Source of the DNA: Octopus vulgaris
Taxonomy: Eukaryota
Length of the DNA: 64,000 bases
Direction of reading: 5' to 3'
Assembly (NCBI GenBank): GCA_951406725.2
Contig: OX597817.1
Location: 139,562,001-139,626,000, forward strand
The translations under genes and the position numbers were made by a program. Positions 10,985 to 23,554 of this stretch are shown here, in pieces. Numbering within the stretch: position 1 is the first letter of the stretch; every line of letters begins with the position of its first letter. The notes under the pieces were generated by a model. That model saw only the letters and a list, made by a program, of their open reading frames with translations, made no database searches and was not told the DNA's origin.

Positions 10985-13369
10985 ATTCCTACTCCTATAC
11001 CATGCTGTTCCTGTTCCCATAGCAACATTGTCTCCAAGAGAGATGGGGAGAGAGAGAGAGCTGCTTCTGTCTGAAGAGTTAACCATTATCTCATTGCCAA
11101 ATGGTTGTGTTGCTACATCGAATGGTATAAAGTGGTAACAGCTTATGAAACTAATCTAAACAAAGAGTATTTTAATTTTCTTGAAGTGTTGCAGTCTGTA
11201 TAAATGATATAAATGTTTGGAAATTATGAAAGGTGATAACAATAAATGACAACAAAGAGAAAAAAATATTGTTTTACATTACAAAGGGTCTTTGATGTTC
11301 TTAAAATATTTTGGGAAAGAAATCCCTTTTCAAATATAAGAAAATAAGTTTGGAGAAATGTGTTGTTACCACCAGGCCACATTAGAATGGCCTGTCAGTA
11401 AGCAAAGTTTTCTGAACTCTGAGGAATCTTTCCTGAAATATAGGATCATTAAACAATCAATTTGTGTAAAGTAATACAATATCTTTTCTCTGTTTTCATT
11501 TATTGACATCACCTTACCTATTTCACCTGATTTCTAGCTAGAGGAAGTTGTATGCTGGCTAATATCTGAAATATATAGTGGAAGGTCTGTTGGTTGTGAA
11601 AAGTATGTTGCAGTATTAGAATTATGGATGTTGTTGTTGTTGTTGTTAGAAACCATTTAACATGTAAGTGGTGCATTATTTAGGTAACATCTTGAAAATA
11701 CATCTCTCCATTTTGCAGACTTGGCTGCTGCATTGAGATGAGTGGACTTGCCAGTTGAATGAATATAGAGCAATGTTTGGATTGCAACAGATTTAGTGAC
11801 TGAGCATATGTAGGTAAATTAAATATTGGCAAGTCGCCATCATGTCGGTATGTTGCTGTGATAGTAATTAATAAAGACAGGAGGATTACAATTTTCAGAT
11901 TTGTGTCTGACTAATTAGTTTAAGAACAACAAAAACATCTGTTCTTCCAGCTGTTGGGCATCAATCATTGGCAAGGCCAAGGAAGGCTGAAATCATATCA
12001 TGCTGTAGTGCTAGTGGTGGTGGTGATGATGGTTGATTATCTCCTGCTAGCTGTATTAATAAGAGTGCTTATATGCCAATATAAGAGGTTCTCTCATGGT
12101 AACTATCACACTATCCTGTATTCTAACACAAAATCCACTTTTAAGTAGGGATCAATATTACCTTTTGGTATTGATAATGCTTCTGTCACCGGTAATTATC
12201 TGGTCTTGCATTTTCTTTTTTATAGCCTAGTCATGGCCAATGCTGGTGCTGTGTAACTGACACCCTAGCCATTGGCACATAAAACTGCACCCACTACACT
12301 CTTGGAATGATTAGCATTAGGAAGGGCATCCAGCCATAGGAACCTTACCAAATCAGACTGGAACCTGACACAACTCCCCAGAATACCGTCCAACCAATGC
12401 CAGCATGAAAAATGGACTTTAAATGAAGAAGTGAGTGAAAGAAGGGCTGTGGTGGTGGGGAAGTGGGGAAGAAAGGTGAGGGTTATTCTTAGAGACTTAG
12501 TTTGAAAGCTTGCAAAAGTGTGGACTCTGCCAAAAAACATCCAAAGACCAAGCAGGGCAGTTCAACTGAGCGAAGGATTCAGTCAACTATTAATACACTA
12601 GCAACAGTTAGGACAGGAAGAATTGGTCCTTTTGGCATTGTAGCATTTGTATTATTTTCATATGACTGAACTTTGTAATTTGCTTACAAAAATTCACCCT
12701 AACATTTCCTAGAGGTACAACTGATTGTCATGACTACCATCTTATGTGTAGGTGAAGACTTGACGTTGCTTCTCATTAGAGTTAAATCTTATTATTACTA
12801 CGATGATGATGATAGTGATGGTGGTGGTTTATGGACTCCTAATACTGAGTTTATTTTGCACTTGCTGTAAACTTAACTTGTGGAGGAGGACTGTTCAATC
12901 ACAATTGATTACTTGAAGGCAACTGTGCAGTATATAAAGGACCACTGAAGCTGTATACTGTATCTCATGTCTGTCAGGAAATGGTATACTAGAATGTAAT
13001 TAGAAAAATCAGTTTTCAGAAGCAGGTAACAATATGAAACTTACCTGGAAAAAAGATGTTCTGCTATAATTTCACATCCTTTCACTGTTAAACCTGCTTT
13101 ATTCCTACACCTTGATTCTTCACATATACAAGAGAAATCCAATTTTTATTACTGAGAATTTGCTTATTACTATTGTGTGTTAATTAATAGTTAATCAGAG
13201 CATATGTTCAAAGACAAAAAAATGAAAGATATGCATATAAATGCAATGAAAGGTCACAGCACTGTGTGACCATTTATTATATAATAATAATAATTAATTC
13301 GTTTATTGGCCATAAGGGGTTTTTGTATAATAATGATGATGATGATGATGATGATAGCAACAACAATAT

Positions 13370-13603
13370 ATGCATCCCTGATCATAAGTAGGAGTAGTGG
13401 GGGAACATCATAGCCATGTATTGAGAGGGATTCTGAGCCCCACCTGTTGTGTTGTTTATTTTGATACAAGGTCATGTTGCACACCCATGGTCATGATGCA
13501 TATGCCTAATGTACCCTTATCAGACGGATTGTCACGGTGGGTATATTGGGCTTTGTATATTTGTACCCCAGCATCACTTTGATGGTGTACTGCTCTCTCA
13601 CTC
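13370..13603 (+). mobile_element. Truncated copy of the about 540-bp (TAA)n-associated repeat
   Basis: Matches 28105-28460 with an internal deletion; ends ctctctcactc followed by (aat)n. Confidence 0.75.
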
Positions 13604-13644
<41 letters not shown>

Positions 13645-14312
13645 TAATTCTTTCTATAAGTGCAAGGCCTGAAATTTTGGGAGAGATAGTAGTTGATTTC
13701 ATTGACCCCAGTACTTAACTGGTACCTATTTTACTGACCCTGAAAGGATGAAAGGCAAAGTCAGCCTCAGCAGAGTTTGAACATGGAAGAAACCATGCCA
13801 TGCATTTTTTCTGTTGTGCTAACAATTTTTCCAGCTTGTTGCCTCAATAATAATTATAATCCTTTCTACTGGAGGCAAAAGGCCTCAAATTTGTGGGGAG
13901 GGGACTAGTGAATTACATCGACCTCAGTCCTCAACTGGTACTTATTTAATTGACCCCGAAAGGATAAAAGGCAGAGTTGACCTTGGTGGAATTTAAACTC
14001 AGAATGTAGTAACAGATGAAATACCGCTAAGCATTCCATCCAGTGCGCTAATGATTCTGCCAGCTCGTCACCTAAATAATAATAATTATTGTTATTATTT
14101 CTACTCTAGGCACAAGGCCTTGAAAATTTGGTGGGGAAGGGGGCTAGTCGTTTACATCAACCCCAGTGTATAACTGGTGCTCATTTCATTGACCTCATTA
14201 GGGTGAAAAGCAAAGTCAATCTTGACAGGATTTGAACTCAAAACACAGCACCAGATAAAATATTGCTAAGCATTTTACCTGGTGTGCTAACAATTCTGCC
14301 AGATCGCCGCCT
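13645..14312 (-). mobile_element. Three head-to-tail SINE family A-related copies separated by AAT tracts
   Basis: Core gaaaggatgaaaggcaaagt... recurs near 13745, 13960 and 14200. Confidence 0.85.
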
Positions 14313-14329
14313 TCAATAATAATAATAGC

Positions 14330-14850
14330 CAACCACATAATCTTCAGATAACTTGCAAAGACACAACAGGGCAAGCTCAGTACATTGACTGGGTAATATG
14401 CCATTCATATAGCCTCCATCACAATGGTAATTGGTGGAACACAGATCACCACAAGTCACCCATCCAAAAAGTTGAAGTTAGAATTTCAGTGTCCAAACTG
14501 ATTGGGAAACACAGGCTGACTGACCAGATATTATTGTGGAAAGGCATGTTGGAAAGATTTGTTTCTTGATAGATATGGCAGTCCCAGCTGACAAAAAAAA
14601 AAAAATCTCTGAAAACATTTGAGAAATTGAGTAAATATAAGAACCTGGATATAGAAATCAGAAGAATATGGCATCTGAAAAGCAACATTATTACCAATTG
14701 TTATTGGGACACTTGGAGTAATATCAAAAAGACAAAAGAAATATGCAGACCAAATTCCTGGCAACCTGAAAATAAGTGGATTCCAAAAGATCATATTGAA
14801 GGGTCCTAATGGATGCCTCACAGATTTTATGTAAATTCCTCTCCTTATAA
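14330..14850 (+). mobile_element. Decayed R4/Dong-like non-LTR 3' fragment (restriction-like endonuclease region)
   Basis: Frameshifted PDIIV...CFLIDMAVPAD...EKLSKYKNLDIEIRRIW...PIVIGTLG. Confidence 0.7.
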
Positions 14851-14914
14851 ATGCAATCTTATTTGGTTTTATTATAAATTGTGAACCATGAAGAGATGAG
14901 GAATTAAAGTATGA

Positions 14915-15362
14915 GAAAAGAGGCTGTATGACACAGCGTAAGCATCTTGAGAGAAAATTTGGGCATATGAAGCATCAGATGTGGTGTGCAAAAAGAGACA
15001 ACTGCGCTGGTATGGTCATGTGATGTGTATGGACAAGAACAGCATAGACCCAGGAAGATGCGGGACGAGGTGGTGAAGCATGATCTTTGAACATTGGGTC
15101 TCATGGAAGGCAATGACAAGTGAGTGAGGCCTTTGTTGTTATGCTGTGCTTGAGAAGACCCGTCAAGCCAAGTGAAATCGTAGTCATGGCCGATGCTAGT
15201 GATACATAACTTGCACGTAAAAAGCACCCATTACACTCCTGGAGTGGCTGGTGTTAGGAAGGGCCAAACCGGGTTGGAACTTGGTGCAGCTCCCCAGCTT
15301 ACCAGTTTTCAGTCAATCCATCCAACCCATGGCAGCATGGAAATTGGATGCTAAATGATGAG
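14915..15362 (+). mobile_element. RTE 3' fragment with tail
   Basis: agcatcagatgtggtgtgcaa... matches 24878 onward; ends in the (GAT)n tail family. Confidence 0.8.
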
Positions 15363-15370
15363 GATATATA

Positions 15371-15588
15371 CAAGGGGGTACTGAAAAGTTCCTGACTTTA
15401 AAGGAATCGCTAAAGGCCTGGTTGGGGGCCCAACCTTCCAAGTTGTTTGACAGGGCTTAGTAAAATTAAAGGACTGCACTGCAGTAAGTGTAGGAATCTG
15501 AGAGGGGAATATGTTGAATAAAATCATGATTAACTGATCCTCCTGTATTTTCTTTTACGCAAAGCCAGGAACTTTCCAGTACTCTCCC
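15371..15588 (+). mobile_element. Mariner-derived MITE
   Basis: TA|caagggggtactgaaaagttcctg ... caggaactttccagtactctcc TIRs; internal KCRNLRGEYVE* resembles a mariner transposase C-terminus. Confidence 0.75.
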
Positions 15589-15616
15589 CCACTACCACCA
15601 CCACACACATAATTAT

Positions 15617-16958
15617 ATCATCATCATCATCGTTTAATATCTGCTTTCCTAGCAGGCATGGGTTGGACAGGGGTTGGCAAGCTGGAAGGCTGCACCAGGT
15701 TTCACTGTCAGTTTTGCCTGGGTTTTATGGTTGGATGCCCTTTCTAACCCTAACCACTTCACAGTGTGGACTGGATGCTTTTTACCCAGCATCAGCTCTG
15801 GCAAGGTCATCAAGTAACTTACAAGATAAAGATCCTTTGAGAGGGGATGGGATCTTGGGGTGGGGTGGCTTTATGCTTGGTGATGAAAGGTTAGAGTGAA
15901 ACAGGGTCAGAAACAAGTGTCTTGTTTTAGAGGAGATACATGGTTATTCAGTCAGAGAGAGAGAGAGAGAGGAAGAAATAGCAAGAGAGCAGGAGAGAGA
16001 TGGTGGTAGAGTATTTGCCAAGGGTGCATGAGTAGGGAGTAGACTTCACATGAATGCAATGACTGGTGAACTGTGGGTATATAGAGGAGGGGGGATAAGA
16101 GGATAGCAATGATACACTGAGCAAGACAGTGGGGACAGGATTGGGGAGTGAGGGATAAGCATAGTGCATGGAAAAGAGGAAATTTGAGGAAGAGGAGATG
16201 TAGTTTGGTTTGTTGGGGTAGGGTATGGGAAAAGTTTATTGTTACATGTGGGTGGAGCACACAGCACTTCCAAAACTCAGGTCTTCTCAAGAACCTCATA
16301 TCACCAGACATCTCAGTCCATTGTCATCTCCTACATCTGAGATCAATTCTCACCACTTCATCCCATGTCTTCTTGGGTCTCCCTCTTCCATAGGTGCCAT
16401 CCACTTTCAGCGATCAACACCTCTTTATACAACTGTCCTCATACACATCACATATCCAATCCAATATAGTCTTCTCTCTTGCATGCTGCATCTGATTCCT
16501 CTTCTGCCCAAAGTTTTCTCTCAGAACATTTGCACTTTGTCCTACATGTACAATGATGTTGCACATCCAACGGAGCATACTACATTCATTCCTCTCTAGT
16601 CTATATATGTCTTCTACATTCAGAGTCCATGTCTCACTACCATGAGGTATAGCTCATACACAAGCATCATACAATCTGTCTTTCACTCTAGGAAAGAATT
16701 GTTTTGTTGCTAGCAGAGGCAATAACTATTATATATATGACCGTTGCCAGTACCGCCTGACTAGCCCTTGGGGCACATAAAAGCACCCACTACACTCTCG
16801 GAGTGGTTGGCGTTAGGAAGGGCATCCAGCTGTAGAAACTCTGCCAAATCAAGATTTGAGCCTGGTGCAGCCATCTGGTTCACCAGTCCTCAGCCAAATC
16901 GTCCAACCCATGCTAGCATGGAAAGCGGATGTTAAACAACGACGATGATGATGATGAT
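15617..16958. mobile_element. Cluster of RTE tail/3' fragments (minus, minus, plus) with a purine-rich tract
   Basis: Tail-family motifs at 15630-15790 (-), RT C-terminal region 16300-16720 (-), tail 16740-16958 (+). Confidence 0.75.
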
Positions 16959-16962
16959 ATGA

Positions 16963-17002
<40 letters not shown>

Positions 17003-17464
17003 TTAGAGATAAAACCACTATTAGGCAAATCATACAATGAAAAACTTAAGCCAATACATAATATTAATTAATTTATATTATTTTAAATATATATCAAAAT
17101 TATTAAAAAAAGATAATTAGTATAATAAGATATATATATAAGATATATATATATAAAGTTAATCCAAACATGAAAGCACAAAAAAAACACAACAACGCGA
17201 GGACGTGGAACAAATATAGTATTATTGGACGGTCAGGAAAGAAGGAGGTTTTAACGTTTCGAGCAGAGCTCTTCGTCGATCCAGAGAAGGGACGACAGGA
17301 AAAAAAAATCGCCAACGGTAGTCAGTCTTTCCGGCAAGATGACAAGGACTGAGATGCCTGGTGCCTTGCTGTACTGAAGAAGGCCTACACTCTGCAGCAG
17401 AAGTGTTAAAGATGGTTCCTCTGCTAGTGTAAAGCACTCATAGTGGTGCCACATAAGAGCATGT

Positions 17465-17565
17465 AAAAGTGCCTGTGCAGTGCCATATGAAAGTGCCTGT
17501 GCAGTGCCATATGAAAGTGCCTGTGGTGTGCCACATAAAAGTGTCCATACGATGCCATATGAAAG
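17465..17565 (+). repeat. 24-bp tandem repeat inside an RTE-tail copy
   Basis: aaagtgcctgtgcagtgccatatg, about 4 units. Confidence 0.85.
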
Positions 17566-20389
17566 CAACCAACAGACTATGTGAAGGGGTTGGCATTAGG
17601 AAGGACATCCAGCTGTAGAAACCATGCCAAGTCAGACTGGAGCCTAATGCAGCCTTCCAGTTTGACAGCTCTGGTCAAAGTGTCCGACCCATGCCGGCAT
17701 GGACAATGGATGTTAAAGGACGATGATGATGAGGATAATGATATATATATATATAAGCATGTAGATATATATAGAAAGAGAGGTAGACATGTATGTGTGT
17801 GCCTGTGTATGTCTGCAAATGTGAGAACTACAAGCACTGACATTAGTCTCTTGTGAACAAATCATTTGCTGGGGTTGTGCCTTGGAAGATGTGTGAAATA
17901 AGAGATTCCTCTGTCTTTACCTAAAAAATAGGTCACATGGGTCAACAACCAGAAGAGCATCCAGCTGTGCAATGCCTCAATAATAATACATTCGTCTAAC
18001 CCATGCTAGCATGGAAAAATAGATGTAAAAACAAGCAAACAAATGAAGGGTCATTGAATAAAAAATACTTATTTAAGATAGAAACTACTTACATTGTTTT
18101 GGCTTCCAAAACATTAATCCCCTTTTTTTGTCTTTCAAAAAATTGTAATTCCATTTGCCTTATTTATATATAAGTGTTTTACAAATGTTATCCACATAAT
18201 CCCTAGTTGTTATCCAACTGATGTGTAAATCATGCATGAGTATTTAACGACGATATTTATTTCTTTTAGTTCGTTAGTGTGGGTGTATAAGTTATCAGAT
18301 GCTTTGACATATCAGATTGCCGGGAACTTCGCAAACTAATGTTTGATAAGGAAGTATTTGTCACGTTGAATAGGTAGAAATATATAACTTTTTTTTTGTT
18401 ATTTTGTTTTACAGTGTTGTAAGGAAACTTGGTTAGATTTTGAATCATAGTGAAGAATTTGTGGTGTTTGTGAATCTCTTCAAATATTTTTTGAACAGAA
18501 AAATGTATGGCATTGGTAATCATTCAGATGGTATATGACAGACACGGAAGTATTTGTGATGTTGTTGGACATTGCTAGAGGTCATGTGATGGTGAAATCC
18601 CCGTAGTGTTAGTGAAGAAGATTAGAAGTAGTTTAAACAGAGAAGTAGTCGAGATACTGGGGCCAATGTTCATTTAATATTGGAGAACCCGTGATGGTGG
18701 TGAGCGTGATTAAATGTTGGTATTACTGAGACATTGTGTGTTGGAGATGAACTTGGTGAAATCTCTGCTGTTTATGAACATGTTTATAGGTTATTGATCA
18801 AACAGACAGTCATTTGCTTTCAGAAATACACTACTCACACGCACACACCTACACATACATTCACAAACGCTAATATTATTTTAAGATATCTATGCACGAA
18901 TGAGGAATCCAAATGGTTACTGTGCATTCAAATGAGAAAATTTAATATTCACATTAGTGAATGAATCTGTGTATGTGTGTAATTTCCTTAACACTAGTGA
19001 GAATAAGAAAACATTATCTACAACTACTTTACTGACCATTGCTCATCAATGGATAACACTGCTGTCGGACATGCAGAGGGGTGGCTGGTATGCATGGGCG
19101 ACTGCAGGTCTTCCATAAACAACCTTGCCCAGACTTGTGCCTTGGAGGGGATCTTTCTAGGTGCAATCCCATGGTCATTCATGACCAAAGGAGGTCTTAA
19201 CCCCTTACCCTATATATGTGTGTGTGTGTGTGTGTATTAATGTTTGTTTTTGTGTTCAATTATAATAAAAACAGTTTTACATTAACCTTAAGGGTTATCT
19301 ATACTTTTATAGAGTACAAATTTATTAATAAATAATATGTATATACATAAATAATATGTATGTATGTATGTATGTATGTACATAAATACAGATTGTAATT
19401 TTAGTTTTAAAAAATTGTTAAAATTTATCCAAGTTTCCACAATGGTAAAATATCATAACCAGGTGTGTGTGTGTGTATTGATATTATTGACTTGTGAACA
19501 GTAGTTAATAGTAGCAATGTGGTGCTGGTAAAGTTGTTTTGTTCCTCACCTGTTGTCACTCTTTGAAAACATAAAAAACACAAAAAAGGCTTTAATTAAT
19601 CCAGTCAATAATTATCGTCTACAACAGTAAGTGTGTCTCAAGTGCACAGCTTTATACTTGCAGTGATTTCCCTGTTATTGTTTATAGTTTATGTTTGTTA
19701 CCAATGTTGTAGCCATTGTTGTTGTTGCTGCTGTTGTTGTCATGGATAAGTTAGCCTCAAGTCTTGTCATGGTCTGTTAGCTGACACCAATCAATGTCAG
19801 AGGTTCGGTGTGATGACATGCCATGATGGAGGAGAGAGGCAGCATGAGTGCAACAAATTAATTTTTCATAGTGAAATACTTGTGAGACAAGTAATTTAGT
19901 CGATTGACTCGGCTGTAATCTCTTGTAGAACTCCTCACTTGAAACCAGTCTCAATCTCCCAACTAGAAGCTTTCATCTTATTTGTTTGAAGCTGTTTGCA
20001 AAGTAGACTGGCTACAATTTTTTTTTTTTTTTTTTTTTTCCATTTTCGTGTGAAGTCAGGACATGATAGATATTCACTTATTTCTGGTTTAAGTTGATGA
20101 TATGCAGGAAGAAAAACAGGAGGAAAATAGCATCTGGATTATCTGTGAAGCTGAATTTAAAGAGTAAACAGATATTTATTTTTAGTATTTTGGGTTCTGT
20201 TCCTCCTATCTGTACCACCAACACTATATGTATGTGTGTGTGTGTGTATGTGTGTGTGTGTGTGTACGTGTGTACATATGCAATCCATACCAGCATCATG
20301 GAAAACATGTTGAATGATGATGATGATATATATATATGTATCATGTATAGGCATGTATATATATATATATGTGTGTGTGTATGAGGACA

Positions 20390-20677
20390 CCCCCCTTCGG
20401 TCATGAATGATCATGGGATTGGACCTAGAAAGATCCCTCCAAGGCACAAGTCTGGGCAAGGTTGTTTATGGAAGACCAGCAGTCAGCCATGCATACCAGC
20501 CACCCCACTCTCCATGCCACCGATGTTATCCAAGGGTAAAAGCAAAGGCCAATACAGCAACTCATTTCTACAGCTGAGTGAACTGAAGCAAACTGAAATA
20601 AAGTGTCTTGTTCAAGAACACAATGCACATCCTGGTCTGGAAATCAAACTCACCACCTCGTGATTGTGAGCCCAATG

Positions 20678-20680
<3 letters not shown>
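20390..20680 (-). mobile_element. SINE with CORE/V-like body; partial inverted copy at 19065-19200
   Basis: tRNA-like head and cttgaacaagacactttatttca core on the minus strand; 3' part is the reverse complement of 19070-19200; related head at 58950-59050. Confidence 0.7.
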
Positions 20681-20709
<29 letters not shown>

Positions 20710-20969
20710 ATTTATATATATAATTTAATGTCTGGTTGGATGGTTTGACTAGAGCTGGCAAGTCAGAAGACTAAGCCTAGCTCTCCTGTCTGCTTTGGCA
20801 TGGTTTCTACGGCTGGATGACCTTCCTAATGCCAACCACTACAGTATGTACTTGGTGCTTCTTACCTGGCACCACCACCTGTCACAGGTCACCAGGTAAC
20901 TTTCAAGACAATGACCTCTCAACTGGGTGGGTGGGGGAGTAGTGCTGAGGCATGGTGCTTCGAGAGATC

Positions 20970-21870
20970 AGAGTTAGTTAGTTAGTTAATTTGGCTCAAA
21001 AGCAAATAGCAAGGCCATGTAGGGGGACATGGAGTTAAGTACAGGGTGGTGTTCATGTAAAGAGTTCAGGCCACTTGAGGTCAAGGGAGGCTTTGAACAA
21101 AGCGGTCGTCGGCATCTTCACCATCTCATCTGGCAGCTTGTTCCACAGATCCGCAACCCGGACGGAGAAAGCTCCTCTCCTTCGATTGAGATGAAATCGT
21201 CGCAGGTAGAGCTTTTCGGAATGATCCCGCAGCCGATGCTCTGGAGTAGGAGTGAAGAACAGCTCTTTCGAGAGGTTACACTTTCCGCTTATGATGTTGT
21301 GGGCGAGAATGAGATCACCACGGCGGCAGCGTTTTTCAAGAGAATAAAGGTCGAGCGTCCTCAGCCTTTCTTCATAGGACAAATTTTTGAGACCATGAAC
21401 CATGCGGGTAGCCAGCTTCTGGACTCTTTCGAGATGCTGTATGTCTTTGAGGAGATAAGGAGAAGAGGCTTGAATCCCGTACTCCAATATGGGTCTCACC
21501 AGCGTGACATAGAGTGGTAGGAATATGGCTGCTGTGAGCATTCCGAATGACCGTCGAATCAAGAACAGAATTCCGCGTGCTTTGTTGGCAGCATGGACGC
21601 ACTGGGCCGAAGGCGAAAAGGAGGAATCCACCAAGATACCCAGGTCCTTTACCTGATCAGTCCTCTCCAGCAGCAGACGCCCCGGCTCGAAATGAAGTTG
21701 AGTTGCAGGAGGAGAGCCAACAGGCAGATGACAGCACTTTGACACGTTCAGACACAGGTCCCATTCGTTAGACCACTTCCAAATTTGGTGGAGGCATCGA
21801 CGAAGATCCTCTATATCACCGCGAGGAGCGACCAGTTTGATATCGTCGGCAAATAGAAGGGTGTGTTGCG
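20970..21870 (-). mobile_element. Young 5'-truncated CR1-group LINE (RT C-terminal part, 3' UTR, (TAAC)n tail)
   Basis: Uninterrupted ORF 21053-21870: LFADDIKL, KDLGILVD, LVRPILEY, LERVQKLATR, RRGDLI, LWNKLP; CpG-rich. Confidence 0.93.
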
Positions 21871-22010
21871 TTTTCTTCCTGCATATCATCAACTTAAACC
21901 AGAAATAAGTGAATATCTATCATGTCCTGACTCCACACAGAAATGGAAAAAAAAAAAAAAAAAATTGTAGCCAGTCTACTTTGCAAACAGCTTCAAACAA
22001 ATAAGATGAA
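21870..22010. repeat. Inverted duplicate of local sequence 19972-20117
   Basis: Near-exact reverse complement including the poly-T/A run. Confidence 0.93.
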
Positions 22011-22239
22011 TATGACAGGGAGGACAGAAATAAGTGTCTAGCAGTAAAGGGGACTCATGACTATTCTTGCTGGGAAAAGAGAGAGAGAGAAGATGGTAAA
22101 GGAGATACATTGAGGTATAAGTGAAATGGTAGAGAGGATTGGATTGGGTAATTGGGTGGAGGGGAAGGGAATGCAGTGAGTGAACACAGGTGGAGGGAGG
22201 GGCTGTTAGAAAGGTGATGTCATGTGGTGAGATTTGTCA

Positions 22240-22450
22240 ATGACATCTAAACTAACTTTCTCCCTAATTATTTGGGCCATGACCCTCTCCATGACTTTCA
22301 TCACCTGATCCAATAATATGATACCTCTGTAATTATTTCTATCTAAGCAGTCGACGATGGTGCTGCTACACCAGTCATTGAGTATGACTCCTTCATGAAC
22401 CACCTGATTTACAATACAAGTAACTAGACCATAACACATACTGCCAGATA
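22240..22450 (-). mobile_element. RTE RT internal fragment
   Basis: [21 protein letters not shown]...[19 protein letters not shown]. Confidence 0.85.
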
Positions 22451-22647
22451 CATAAACGTAGAATGGTTATGATTGATTTTCTTGTGTTAATAAAACGAGA
22501 AATAAAATTGTTAGTTTGACAGTTCTAGATACAGAAATGTACAGGGCCTTTATTTTAGGTGAAATGCTGTGTATTTAAGGGCCCATTCGTGAAAACATTT
22601 TAATATCACAATCTGTTTCCACTACAATCAAACAACACAGACTTTGA

Positions 22648-22729
<82 letters not shown>

Positions 22730-22770
22730 TTATGTATGTATATATATGTATGTATGTATGTATGTATATA

Positions 22771-22808
<38 letters not shown>

Positions 22809-23554
22809 CGTATCTATATATATATATATCATCATCATCATCATCACATTTAATGTCTGTCTTCCTTTGACCATGTTTGTGTGTGTGTGTGTTGTTGTTG
22901 TTGTTATTAATGGCATCAGGCTACAATAGACATGCCAAAAATGAAACATATGCGATGTTGTTCCCAACCTGTCTGGCAAGACACCAGTTCCAAATGAGAA
23001 CTGGAATGGACTGTGGTCACCTGTCCAAAACACACCTGGATACAAAGCAGATGAACAGTAATGCTATTGCTGCTGCTGAGGCATACATACATATACATAC
23101 ATACATACATACATGCATACATACATACATACATACATACAATTTTATGTATATAAATCACACACACACATGTTATCATACTCCTACATACATTATGGAA
23201 GCAGGTGTGATGATTGTGTAACTATGAAGTCTAAGATAATCACACACGTATATACATACACATACCATAGACACCCATGCATGAGTATATATATATATAT
23301 ATATATGTATATACATACATACATTTATAGATACTGCAGCTATATGTGCGTGTGTGTGTGTGTAATCAATGTAACAATACATAATAAGACATGGGTATTT
23401 GAAACAAAGTTGGCTTATATCCTTCAAGGTCATTACTAAAAGTGTAATTAAATTTACTGATTATTTTCATATGACTGGAGAGGAATAACACAGCTCTCCC
23501 ACATCCCTCCCTCCCTCTCTCCCCCTCTCTCTCTTTCTCTCTTTCTATCTATAC

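Noticed and set aside
18270-18450. Plus-strand exon pair suggested by ttttag and ttttacag acceptors
   Set aside because: All frames hit stops and the implied intron is only about 40 nt
21029-21771. Plus-strand ORFs of 163 aa and 74 aa
   Set aside because: Antisense shadows of the CR1 RT ORF
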